This document shows, piece by piece, positions 11,029 through 20,837 of a stretch of 54,415 bases of DNA. The position numbers and the translations under genes were made by a program. Under the pieces are notes generated by a model. The model saw only the letters and a program-made list of their open reading frames with translations. It had not been told where the DNA came from and did not search any database. The first letter of the stretch is position 1. The number at the start of each line of letters is the position of its first letter. Source of the stretch: Sanchytrium tribonematis (Eukaryota); the NCBI GenBank assembly GCA_018985235.1, contig JADGIG010000012.1:1-54415 (forward strand). Direction: 5' to 3'.

Positions 11029-12462
11029 GCATGAGGTAAAATAATTCTGCCATCAAAAACAAAAGGAGGACTAGTCATCACTTCCTTTACTTTTCGGAAG
11101 TCACAGGCATTAAATTCATCCCATTCGGTAAGCAAAACGAGGGCATGAGCATCAATTACCGCATCCAGTGACGAATTACAAATAGTTACATTTTCGTGGA
11201 CTTGATTAATAAAAAGTACATTCAGTCTTGGTATCTAATACACCTTCTGCAGTTGTTAAATCCATTTCAATTTGCTTTGCAGACACTTTTGGATCATAAA
11301 TACGTAAACGAGCACCTTCTATAAGCAATTTTTTGCAAACTCTAATTGCGGGTGATGCTCTAGTATCTCCAGTATTCTTTTTAAATGCAAATCCCCAAAT
11401 TGCAATGACTTTGTCAGTCACCGTGGAAAACATTGAAGTCACAATTTTCTCTACAAATCGATCAGTTTGATGATCATTCATTAAAAGTACTTGCTCCCAA
11501 TATTTGGCAACCTCTGGTAAATTCAAACTTTCGCATAAATAGCAAAGATTTAAAATATCTTTTGTGAAGCACGACCCACCAAATCCAACACTTGCTTTTA
11601 AAAATTTAGATCCAATTCTGTTGTCAAATCCACAAGCGTACGCCACTTCTGATACATCCGCCCCTGTCTTTTCACAAATTGCAGATAAAGCATTTATACT
11701 TGAAATTCTTTGAGCTAATAATGCATTTGCTGCTAATTTTGACAATTCACTAGACCATAAATTAGTGGTGATAATTCTGTCTAATGGAACCCATTTCGCA
11801 TAAATAGACGCAAGGGTTCTTACAGCCTTAAAACCAGATTCGTTTGACAAACTTCCCATCAGAACTCGATCAGGGTTCATTAAATCTTTAATTGCAGTTC
11901 CTTCGCTTAAAAACTCCGGATTACTTAAGATATCAAATTGATGATTACTACTAGACAAAATTCTTTCAATGCTTTCTGCTGTTTTGCATGGTACTGTTGA
12001 TTTCTCCACGACTATTTTGTTGCCTTTACATGCCTTATTGATTCTTCTTGCTGACGCCTCGATGTATTTCAAATCAGCTGCACGCCCAGCACCCACACCT
12101 TTGGTTTTTGTTGGAGTGTTAACACTCACAAAGATGATATCTGCAGCATCTAAAACTGCATCAATATCTGTGGAAAAAAATAAATTTTTCCCTCTAGCTG
12201 CTAATACAATTTCTTCGAGACCTGGTTCGTATATAGGAATCTTGTCAGAGTTCCACTGGTCAATTTTTTCCTGATTAACGTCGACCAACGTGACTGTTAT
12301 TTCTGGGCATAGATGTGCAAATACTGACATGGTTGGTCCACCAACATATCCTGCCCCGATACATGCAATTTTTAAACCCTTGATGTCAATTAAATCTTCT
12401 TTGCGCAAAGAATAAATATTATTTAAACCAGGTATACTATTAGCTCTAAAGTGTCGTTGCAT
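10971..12462 (-). CDS. UGDH: UDP-glucose 6-dehydrogenase, 2 exons, ~490 aa
   Basis: [33 protein letters not shown]; exon 2 gives LLTEWDEF...FVFDGR after intron 11201-11219. Confidence 0.96.
11201..11219 (-). other. 19-nt spliceosomal intron (phase 1)
   Basis: GTACTTTTTATTAATCAAG; removal adds the missing UGDH C-terminus (FHENVTIC...TEWDEF...DGR). Confidence 0.92.
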
Positions 12463-13071
12463 TTGTTTCAGCAAATCTTGTTCGAAATTTAACTCGTATC
12501 ATATGGTCACGACGTCCGCTACGGCGGCAATAGCAAGAATCAGGTTAAGTAGATGATCACTTGAAAAAAGTAATATTCTGGGCTTCAAATTTTATTAGTA
12601 GAAAAGACGGTCTTTAAACTTTTGAGCGGCCAAGCCTGTGTCACCCAAGCTTCATTCCTGTACGTTTTTAAATCTAATATGTAGACTTGGTCGCACCATT
12701 ACCGATTTCTCAATTACTTTCATCTTGTCGAGAGTATATAAAGAAAATAACTCTAAATTTTAGATGGTACAGATTCGACCAATTCAGTTTTTAGAATCAT
12801 TGGGACTTCATTCCGCTATTCGCCACAGTCGGATTCTTTTATAGTTATGCAGGAAATAGATGGTATCATCGTTTGCATGATGATCCAGAGATTCGCGAGC
12901 CAAGTGAGCAATTGAAAGCACCTCATTTTTTGGATAGGGTTAATGACGAGAAGATATTTAGCAAAGCTTTTAAAAAACAAGCTATGGAACATTAATAAAT
13001 CCATAAACTAACTTCTGGCCAACACCAATTCGTCAATGCTCCCAATTTAGTTTTTGTTTTAGACAATTTCT

Positions 13072-13257
13072 ATGAAACTTGACTTCTTTCGACAGGCTAT
13101 TAGATCAAATTACGAGGTTCTACCAATGCTTTCTTTGGTAGGTTTTGGCTTTGGCTATGGCTTTTACAGATTGGCGAGAATATTGTCAAAAGATCCTGAT
13201 GTTCACTTGAACCGAAAAAAGGCAAAAAGAGACGAGGACACATTCTTGCAGCAATAA
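13072..13257 (+). CDS. NDUFA4/COXFA4 (B12D/MLRQ)-like small mitochondrial membrane protein, copy 1
   Basis: NYEVLPMLSLVGFG...RLARILSKDPDV; single TM; stop inside AATAAA. Confidence 0.7.
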   Translation: MKLDFFRQAIRSNYEVLPMLSLVGFGFGYGFYRLARILSKDPDVHLNRKKAKRDEDTFLQQ

Positions 13258-13288
13258 AATTGATTGTTAAAAATGGTAACTCGTTTTA

Positions 13289-14320
13289 CTAAATGTCGAT
13301 GTCTAATTTATCGTGCATTAGTTTTTGGAACATTTCTGGACCACTCAAAAATTTCGATAATTCTTGCTGAATGTCTGCAGGACAGTCATCCAGACAAGGA
13401 CTTTGACATTTGGAAAAGGTTTCGAATGTAATAAGTACACCTCTTCTGGACAAGTTATGGATAAGAACACTTTCTTTGTTGCAATATTTGGGTATAGGCC
13501 GACGAAATTTTCTGTTATGGCTAAAGATATTTGGATGAATCCCGTCGTGATTGATCATATCTACATTGAGACCAGCCAGCCATATCCCCAATAAAGCGTC
13601 TTCGTTGTTCATATATTTTAACCAACCATTCTGATCTTGTTTCACAAGCCAGTATAGAATATCAACACTTAAAGCATACCCAGCACCCGCCATATACTGC
13701 GGATAATATGAAGCTGTATACTCTTTGTTCTCCCATGGACCGCTTCTAAGAACTGGTGCATTTTTGTACACTCTTCCTATTACGACTTTCTGAGGTTCAT
13801 ACTCCAATAAAATGCTTTGCAATTTTTGAGCATTTAGCCATATATCCGTATCAGTTTTAAATATCCACTTAAGTCCTTTAAAGTTGTGCTTATTTTCATC
13901 AATATACTTGTAAATAGCAACCATTTTATGACTCAGCATATTATAGTTTTCAGATATGTCTAGTAAAATAATATCATCATTTTGCTGCAATTCCAGTTCC
14001 AACGCATTTTTGTCTTGAGAATTTAAATCGTTTTTACCGATAAAGAACAATAATTTCATGCTACTTGGCAAAGATTTTTTCCAGGTCGACCGTATAGCTT
14101 TTCTATAGTGATATTGTATCTGGGTTGTAATGGAAGGAATCACAATGAGTGTATTGAATTCCTCTTCCACCACTGGAATCTTTAATTTTGAACTTGTTTG
14201 AACCTCAACAACAGATGATACTGGTTTGAATAAAACATACAAAACAAACACGATTAATAAAACAATAATCCCTCTGGTAGTCATTGGACTCATAAATCTT
14301 TTGGATGGTTTGTCTTTCAT
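13289..14320 (-). CDS. GT31 beta-1,3-galactosyltransferase-family type II membrane protein
   Basis: N-terminal TM; RKAIRSTW, ENYNMLSHK, KTDTD, YPQYMAGAGY, EDALLGIW; start inferred at MKDKP. Confidence 0.9.
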   Translation of the reverse strand: MKDKPSKRFMSPMTTRGIIVLLIVFVLYVLFKPVSSVVEVQTSSKLKIPVVEEEFNTLIVIPSITTQIQYHYRKAIRSTWKKSLPSSMKLLFFIGKNDLNSQDKNALELELQQNDDIILLDISENYNMLSHKMVAIYKYIDENKHNFKGLKWIFKTDTDIWLNAQKLQSILLEYEPQKVVIGRVYKNAPVLRSGPWENKEYTASYYPQYMAGAGYALSVDILYWLVKQDQNGWLKYMNNEDALLGIWLAGLNVDMINHDGIHPNIFSHNRKFRRPIPKYCNKESVLIHNLSRRGVLITFETFSKCQSPCLDDCPADIQQELSKFLSGPEMFQKLMHDKLDIDI

Positions 14321-14616
14321 TCTAATAGAATATTGAAGGGGGTCAAATGTTTTGAGAAACAAATATTATAAACACACCAATCAATATCTTTTGTGATGGT
14401 CACATTCGTCAAGACGTCATACAGATTCTGTAGATAAGACAATCAATATTTAAAATGAGCTTTATTTATTTGTGACAAATTGGAGATATTGGAGTACCAT
14501 AAGAAGTACTTGTACATCAATGCAATCATATAATTGGTTCCGGTCTAAATTTCTATTTTAAATCGGTGAATCCTAACTATTCTGTATAAAAAGGAAAATG
14601 TCATTCAAAACTACAA

Positions 14617-14799
14617 ATGAGACCTTTACAAGCAATCAAGAACAATTATGAATTACTTCCACTCTTCGCCATAGTTTCTGTCGCATTAGGTTGTGGAACT
14701 GTCTTGGCTTCAAACATCATTCTTCATGACAAAGACGTACAGTTTAGAAAAGTAAAGGAACAAGGCCGATTTATACACATGATAAACAAACAAGAATAA
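14617..14799 (+). CDS. NDUFA4/COXFA4-like small membrane protein, copy 2
   Basis: AIKNNYELLPLFAIV...LHDKDV, similar to 13072-13257. Confidence 0.65.
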   Translation: MRPLQAIKNNYELLPLFAIVSVALGCGTVLASNIILHDKDVQFRKVKEQGRFIHMINKQE

Positions 14800-14877
14800 A
14801 TACTATTTACCTTCTAAAAAATTGTTGAAACAACTTCATAATATTGAGACAACAATAAACAAGCCATAAACTTCAAA

Positions 14878-15240
14878 ATGAGCTTTTCGCGAAATTTTAA
14901 CAACAGCCGATTCATCATCAATAGCTTGGAAGTAAATGTCAATGCAAATATCACTCTCAAGGTTAGGGGCACACATATCGAAATATCAGGAAATTGGACT
15001 AAGTATGAACTTACTTACAGTCCATTGACACTCAATTTTACAGATACTCAATTGATAATAGAGAATCCCGCTAGAGATTCATTTGTCCTCAAGACAAACC
15101 ATTCAATCAGTGATACAGAAATATTTCAGAATTGCGGTGTTGGTTGTTGGTCGTACAATGCAACAGCGTATTCTCCTGCATCTTTTCACACTACTGATCT
15201 TGCAATCATTTTAATATGGATAATAAATTTTATTCTTTAG
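14878..15240 (+). CDS. Hypothetical protein with hydrophobic C-terminus
   Basis: 120-aa ORF ending LAIILIWIINFIL; several NxT/S sequons. Confidence 0.55.
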   Translation: MSFSRNFNNSRFIINSLEVNVNANITLKVRGTHIEISGNWTKYELTYSPLTLNFTDTQLIIENPARDSFVLKTNHSISDTEIFQNCGVGCWSYNATAYSPASFHTTDLAIILIWIINFIL

Positions 15241-15976
15241 ACTCTGGATTATCTGGTTTTACTGGACAAGCATTAGACGCTCGTCCGTTGTTCTTGGACA
15301 TTGCATCAGAGGGGAAAGGGCAACCAAAATCATTTCTGCGTAGCTTATGATGCAAATCTAATTTATCGGAAATTTGATAAATGGGAGATTCTGAGATATT
15401 GAGACTTTTAACGTTTTCTAGTTCTTCCGCAGTATATACTCGCATTCTACTAGATCCTGGATATTCGGTGCATTCACTAAGACACTGAGAATAACTCAAT
15501 CCACTATCAAGTTTGGCTACAAACTTTTCCATATTTTTGAAAGGCACAAAGCCGTCAATTAGATGTAAATCAAGTAGTTCAGGAATATAAAACTTTTTCT
15601 TGTGTTGCGCGAGATGTTTTCTAGTAAGTTCATCCAGTTTAAATTCGATATTTACAGCCTCCAGTTCAGTCAATTCACTAGTAACAACAATATGTTTAGA
15701 AGAAGTTGTTAATATTTTTTTAGCAATAACAATAGTATAGGGTTTAATATTGTCAAAAGATTCCACCAAGTCGGTGAACAAAACAGAGCATTCTAAATCA
15801 GTAGGTTGTTTTGTGGAAATTCGTCGATATTTTGGTGCATCAAAAATCAGCATCCCGTTAAAGTTGATTCCTTGTAGGTCTCTTTTTAAAGAAGGGTTAT
15901 GGTATGGACATTGACTTTTGGTTTGTTTTTGGTATAATTTGAAGTATTCGAGTAGTAATTCTGGTTCAGAAATCAT
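15230..15976 (-). CDS. Hypothetical protein with three Cys-Pro motifs
   Basis: 248-aa ORF; QCPYH, GCPF, ACPV. Confidence 0.65.
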   Translation of the reverse strand: MISEPELLLEYFKLYQKQTKSQCPYHNPSLKRDLQGINFNGMLIFDAPKYRRISTKQPTDLECSVLFTDLVESFDNIKPYTIVIAKKILTTSSKHIVVTSELTELEAVNIEFKLDELTRKHLAQHKKKFYIPELLDLHLIDGFVPFKNMEKFVAKLDSGLSYSQCLSECTEYPGSSRMRVYTAEELENVKSLNISESPIYQISDKLDLHHKLRRNDFGCPFPSDAMSKNNGRASNACPVKPDNPESKE

Positions 15977-16011
15977 TTTTAAAATTTGAAAACTTTCTCC
16001 TGAAATTTACA

Positions 16012-16359
16012 ATGCAGATTAAGCGACTCCGTCACGAACTTAATAAAGTATATTGCTATATCAGGCATGAATGCACACTAGGTAAGGAAGGCGCTGTTTT
16101 GCAGCTAAGCGCGGGATCTGCTAGAAAATATGATAAAGAAGTGATGGTTGTACCATCATTGCGGAAATTGAAGACCTATCCTCGTATTTATTCGATGATG
16201 GGATATCCTGTTGCTAATTTAATTGAATTTCTTGAAGATGATAGGAGACAAAATATCAAAAGATTAGGACAAGTCGTGCCACAATGGAAAAAGTTATCGG
16301 AAAGAATGATCAAAGAAGACGAAGAGTCACAGGATGCGGGCTTATTGCTCAATAAATAA
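16012..16359 (+). CDS. Hypothetical basic protein
   Basis: 115-aa ORF with upstream TCTCCTG and stop in AATAAA. Confidence 0.6.
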   Translation: MQIKRLRHELNKVYCYIRHECTLGKEGAVLQLSAGSARKYDKEVMVVPSLRKLKTYPRIYSMMGYPVANLIEFLEDDRRQNIKRLGQVVPQWKKLSERMIKEDEESQDAGLLLNK

Positions 16360-16483
16360 ATCAAGATGATTCTTTTATATTTCAACCATTCGAAACTCAT
16401 CCAATTTCCTTCATGCTGACCACGTGCTACTTAAATCATTGGTAATTTGTAGGTGACGTTAGTAAAACCGATAGTAAAGTCAA

Positions 16484-17260
16484 ATGCATTTGGATAGAGC
16501 AGACTCACTTTTGGACACTCCGGTTCCGGATGAAATTAAGAATCTAATAGCAGGACATTCGTTCACTTTGGCATACCGCATTCAAAATTTCAAGTTGGCA
16601 GGGCAAATCAGAAAAAAGAATCCCATACATTTAGAGTTTATATTTCGAAATGGCGAGCACAAGAAAATTGTGAATGTTGCTTTCGATGGAATGTGGAAAT
16701 TTGATGATGACCAGTATTGGCTAAAATTTAAAAATGAGGTACAATTTAAGGAAAAATTACTAATAATATTGAACAAGAAGCGAAAAATGTTGCAAAAGAT
16801 ATGCAGCAGAAATTATGAGGATTCTTTCTCGGTATACCTCAAGTATCCTTCATCCCAAACATTTTTATTGGTAACTGATGTTCTATTATTTTATAAGCCT
16901 ATTTCTGAAATGGTAGATGAGATAAACTTGAACGATCTTAATGAATTCATAACTGAATATATAGAATGCGTTGATTTTCCGTCAAAGATGAGCTTCTCGA
17001 ACAAGATGAATTTTAGGAAAAAGCTTAATGCAAATTTTACTCTGGTAATCTGCAAATCTGGTTCGGAAGTAAAAGCTTATAAGGTTTATCATTTTGGTAA
17101 TGTTTGCTACATGGTTAAAGACTTCAGTGGTATTGATACTATAGCTAATTCGAAAGGCATGTACGACTTGTTTATGGGAAATGAAATCGTCACATGCATA
17201 CAATTTGAAAGGGATGAATGTCTCTTAATGTTGAACGATATGATTCTAGAAAAAAAATAA
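16484..17260 (+). CDS. Hypothetical protein
   Basis: 258-aa ORF, stop in AATAAA. Confidence 0.65.
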   Translation: MHLDRADSLLDTPVPDEIKNLIAGHSFTLAYRIQNFKLAGQIRKKNPIHLEFIFRNGEHKKIVNVAFDGMWKFDDDQYWLKFKNEVQFKEKLLIILNKKRKMLQKICSRNYEDSFSVYLKYPSSQTFLLVTDVLLFYKPISEMVDEINLNDLNEFITEYIECVDFPSKMSFSNKMNFRKKLNANFTLVICKSGSEVKAYKVYHFGNVCYMVKDFSGIDTIANSKGMYDLFMGNEIVTCIQFERDECLLMLNDMILEKK

Positions 17261-17307
17261 ATTTATTCATTTCAATTAGCTACTTATTGAATGAGGAATC
17301 AGGCTTC

Positions 17308-18222
17308 TTAAATCAATTTGTATGGCACGGTATTTATAGGCGATTGATGTTGAGGTGAAAGATCTCCTGCATTTAATTGTTCAGTTACTATAACATTAAG
17401 ACTATTTGCCACTCCATTGGGTGTAGCAGGACTTTTCAAAATACTTTTTGAGCCTTTTCGTTGACCAACATTCAAATCAGTACTTGAAGAAAATTTCCGT
17501 GCAAATTCTTGGGACAAGTGACTGGATTTGGAGGATACTTTTCTTTCGATCGGTATTTCCGGAACAGGAGGTGCATGCTCATCGTGGATATCACTAAGAT
17601 ATTTTGACATCGACTCTTCCATTGAGATATGCTTTTCGCTTTGAGTGGGGCTGACTATCCTAGAAATAGACTTTTGCTGATTTCTATTCTTTGATATTGA
17701 GTATTTGATTTTTTTGAATTGATAGTGAATTCCATCAACCAAAAAACATTTTTCTTCTTGATCAAAAGTTGTCTTATTTACAATCTTCATCACAACAAGT
17801 TCAAAAACTTCCAGAGATTTGATGTCTTGAAAGAGAGTATCATATGCAATTATATCCGCTTCTTTCAGAGCTAATTTTACAGTAGATAAGGAATTGCTTT
17901 GAATTGCATACTTCAGAACGTTCTCCGATATAGATTTGTCTTGCAGAATCTTAACTATCGCCGCATGGCCATTTAATGCAGCCTCATCAATCGCAAATTT
18001 TCCAGCATGAATTGCATTAATATTTACATGACTTTTTAAATATTTGACAAGATCCAGATATCCTTTCCTGCAGGCTATATGAAGTCCATAGCTATCAACG
18101 ATCAGGTCACGAATTACAGGAACAATTTGCCGGACTGCCATAACATCTCCACTATCGCACGCCATTAAATAATTTTGCAACTCGGCTTTGTTATCGTGGT
18201 CAGAAACTTTTGAGTTTTTCAT
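17308..18222 (-). CDS. Ankyrin-repeat protein
   Basis: LHIACRKGYLDLVKYL, AIDEAALNGHAAIVKIL, LKYAIQSNSLSTVKL. Confidence 0.85.
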   Translation of the reverse strand: MKNSKVSDHDNKAELQNYLMACDSGDVMAVRQIVPVIRDLIVDSYGLHIACRKGYLDLVKYLKSHVNINAIHAGKFAIDEAALNGHAAIVKILQDKSISENVLKYAIQSNSLSTVKLALKEADIIAYDTLFQDIKSLEVFELVVMKIVNKTTFDQEEKCFLVDGIHYQFKKIKYSISKNRNQQKSISRIVSPTQSEKHISMEESMSKYLSDIHDEHAPPVPEIPIERKVSSKSSHLSQEFARKFSSSTDLNVGQRKGSKSILKSPATPNGVANSLNVIVTEQLNAGDLSPQHQSPINTVPYKLI

Positions 18223-18346
18223 TTCTTTTGATTGTTATCTTTAATCTTCTTAATGTGAAGTATTCATATTAATAATTTCCAGACCAATCAAGATGTTACA
18301 GCTTGATTGAAGTTATCCCAATCACTGCAAGGAAAAGCTCGGAGAT

Positions 18347-18862
18347 ATGTTTGACAATCTTTCTTTAATTTACCCTTTGAAAACTATTAAAAGAAAAGGG
18401 TGGGTTTTGCGTAAGATACCGAATGTTGAGAGTGTCGCGGATCATTCTTATATGTTGGGCCTGCTTGCTCTCACGGCCAAATCATATTACAAAAATTCCC
18501 AGATTAATTTCGATCATTGTGTTCAAATAGCCTTGATTCACGATCTAGCGGAAGCCCAAGTAGGAGACATTACACCACACGATGGTGTCAGCGAAGAAGA
18601 AAAATTTAATTTAGAAAAAAAAGCCTTTTCAAAGCTGCCCCAAGATTTACAGAATCTCTGGCTGGAATATGAGAAGCAAGAGACAATAGAATCTCATTTT
18701 GTCAAAGATTGCGATAAGTTTGATATGATTTATCAAGCTTATTTATATGAGAATGAGCACAATGTCAATTTACAGGAATTTTTCGACAGCGCTTCTTTTA
18801 AAACATCCATAGTTAAAGAATGGGTATCTAAATTAAATGCAACTAGAAATAAAATTGTTTAA
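18347..18862 (+). CDS. HDDC2: HD-domain 5'-deoxynucleotidase (HDDC2-like)
   Basis: KRKGW, ESVADHSY, IHDLAEAQVGDITP, KDCDKFDM. Confidence 0.92.
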   Translation: MFDNLSLIYPLKTIKRKGWVLRKIPNVESVADHSYMLGLLALTAKSYYKNSQINFDHCVQIALIHDLAEAQVGDITPHDGVSEEEKFNLEKKAFSKLPQDLQNLWLEYEKQETIESHFVKDCDKFDMIYQAYLYENEHNVNLQEFFDSASFKTSIVKEWVSKLNATRNKIV

Positions 18863-18919
18863 TATAATTGGCTGCTCTAAATTTTGGCGTGTTGCATTCC
18901 ATATTTTGGTTTTGTCTCG

Positions 18920-19339
18920 ATGATACCAGGAGCACTTCCAGAAAACCTCGAAGACTTTGATAATTCAGATACAGCTAATGAGATTATTCATTTTGTAATC
19001 TACTGCTTTATTTATTTGATAATGAGCATCAAACATATCTACAACCATCATAATTTAATTCATAATAGAACTATGGAACGACTACATCCAACTATTGTGA
19101 GACCTGTGAGCAATTCAACCCGAAAGCACAGCATCCAAACATTAGTTAATACAGAATCCTCTGAAGATTCAAGTGTCAAAACTGCGAGTTATGATAATAT
19201 TCCTGAGACTGTCAAGCTGCAACACCTTATCTTGGAAAAAAATGATCAAATTAGGAATTTGGAATCAAGATTGGAAAATCTAACAACCGCAAGAAAAACT
19301 TCTATTCGGAATATGAGGTATATATTCAAAAAAGAATAA
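18920..19339 (+). CDS. Hypothetical protein with TM segment and C-terminal coiled coil
   Basis: IIHFVIYCFIYLIMSI; LILEKNDQIRNLESRLENL; first ATG at 18920. Confidence 0.55.
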   Translation: MIPGALPENLEDFDNSDTANEIIHFVIYCFIYLIMSIKHIYNHHNLIHNRTMERLHPTIVRPVSNSTRKHSIQTLVNTESSEDSSVKTASYDNIPETVKLQHLILEKNDQIRNLESRLENLTTARKTSIRNMRYIFKKE

Positions 19340-19349
19340 ATTTTTCCCC

Positions 19350-20300
19350 ATGAATTTCGCTACTGTGCTTCCCATTATTGACAAATGTCTTTGGAGAAAA
19401 TATCTTATCAGAACAACCGAAAAAGATCTTTTATTTTACCTTGACAAGGTTCAATACAAATTCCAATGCATTGACGCTTTAAAATACTTAACTGAAGAGA
19501 AAAATTTAAAAAATTCTGAACAGCCTGAAACTCTTGTGATCCTGAATAGCGATGTCATGAATCATGATGACTTCGATCTGTCATACTTTATGAATCAACT
19601 TGCCGATAAAATAATACTATTTACCAACGAGTGTTCGAAAAAGGTAAAATTTGACATTGAATGCTCCCTCAGACCAGCCAAAAAACTCTATGATGATATT
19701 TGCGTGCATGAAAGGTCGATGTTTTTTACTTTATTAGAGTGGGCCAATTTATGTGCGAATAGTGGCTCTGTAGAAAACGAAATTTCAAAGAAGGAAAAAC
19801 AACTTATAAACTTCCAAAAACCCATATGCCATCACCCATGTACAAAAAGACTTGGCAAAATACTTGATTATAATCTTAACTCGAATTCAAAATTTCCGCT
19901 TCCGAAAGGCTGTTTGCTCCATGGCAGAACTGGTTCTGGTAAATCCCAAATAGCAAAACAATTATGTTATACTGCAGGATATTACGCTATATTTGTCTAC
20001 TGTACCGAGTTATATTGTAAATATGTTGGAGAAAGCGAAGCTAAATTGAGAGATTTATTTGCAGATGCAAGACAAATGCAACCTACAATTTTAGTTTTTG
20101 ATGAATTTGAAGCAATATCGAAAGTTCGCGGAACAGAAAATGTAGATGACAGGATGCTTACATGCCTTTTGACAGAACTAGATGGTGTTCAGGAAAGAGG
20201 AGACATATTCGTTGTGGCTTGTGTAAGAGATATTAGCAAGGTAGACTCAGCCTTAAAGAGGCCAGGGCGCTTTGATTTGTTGATCGACGTTGAAAAATAA
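19350..20300 (+). CDS. CDC48/AFG2-related AAA+ ATPase with a single intact module
   Basis: PKGCLLHGRTGSGKS, KYVGESEAKLR, VFDEFE, LLTELDG, RPGRFD. Confidence 0.85.
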   Translation: MNFATVLPIIDKCLWRKYLIRTTEKDLLFYLDKVQYKFQCIDALKYLTEEKNLKNSEQPETLVILNSDVMNHDDFDLSYFMNQLADKIILFTNECSKKVKFDIECSLRPAKKLYDDICVHERSMFFTLLEWANLCANSGSVENEISKKEKQLINFQKPICHHPCTKRLGKILDYNLNSNSKFPLPKGCLLHGRTGSGKSQIAKQLCYTAGYYAIFVYCTELYCKYVGESEAKLRDLFADARQMQPTILVFDEFEAISKVRGTENVDDRMLTCLLTELDGVQERGDIFVVACVRDISKVDSALKRPGRFDLLIDVEK

Positions 20301-20307
20301 AAATGAT

Positions 20308-20700
20308 TTAATCAAAATTTTGGTAATACTCAAGCTTAATTTTTCTTTTTAGTTTAAGTCTTCGACTAATATATTCTTGCAAATTGGCACAGTCGCTATA
20401 CAACTTACTTTCCAAATGATCCTCAGTACCTTTATAATAAGGCGTTGCTTTCCAGTCCACTTGACAAGAAAGCCTTTCGCCTGTCTTATTTAAAACGGCC
20501 TCTGTTTTAGTTTTAAACAATATGGTTGGGTAATTACTTTGCAAAATGCTTTTGATATTATTATTCAATCTTAATATTTCCACTTCTGTGTAGACCGAAT
20601 GCTTATAGTCTGACCTTGCTGGGACGATTCGTGGAATCGGTTTGTTCTGAATGGGATTAAAAATATGTTTTAATCGTGGAGGTATGTGTACTGGTTTCAT
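20308..20700 (-). CDS. Hypothetical protein, possibly mitochondrial RbfA-like
   Basis: Basic N-terminus; C-terminal LQEYISRRLKLKRKIKLEYY weakly recalls the RbfA L..RL.LR..P.L.F motif. Confidence 0.4.
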   Translation of the reverse strand: MKPVHIPPRLKHIFNPIQNKPIPRIVPARSDYKHSVYTEVEILRLNNNIKSILQSNYPTILFKTKTEAVLNKTGERLSCQVDWKATPYYKGTEDHLESKLYSDCANLQEYISRRLKLKRKIKLEYYQNFD

Positions 20701-20837
20701 TTGTAAGGAGTTTCTTTCTCATAATAGCTTTATCATTAAGCTTAATATCAAATTACGATAACATCGATCATCTGGCTAATATTTGTAAATAATGGAAAAC
20801 CTTGAATGAAATCAAATTCAAAAGGATTTTTTGACAC

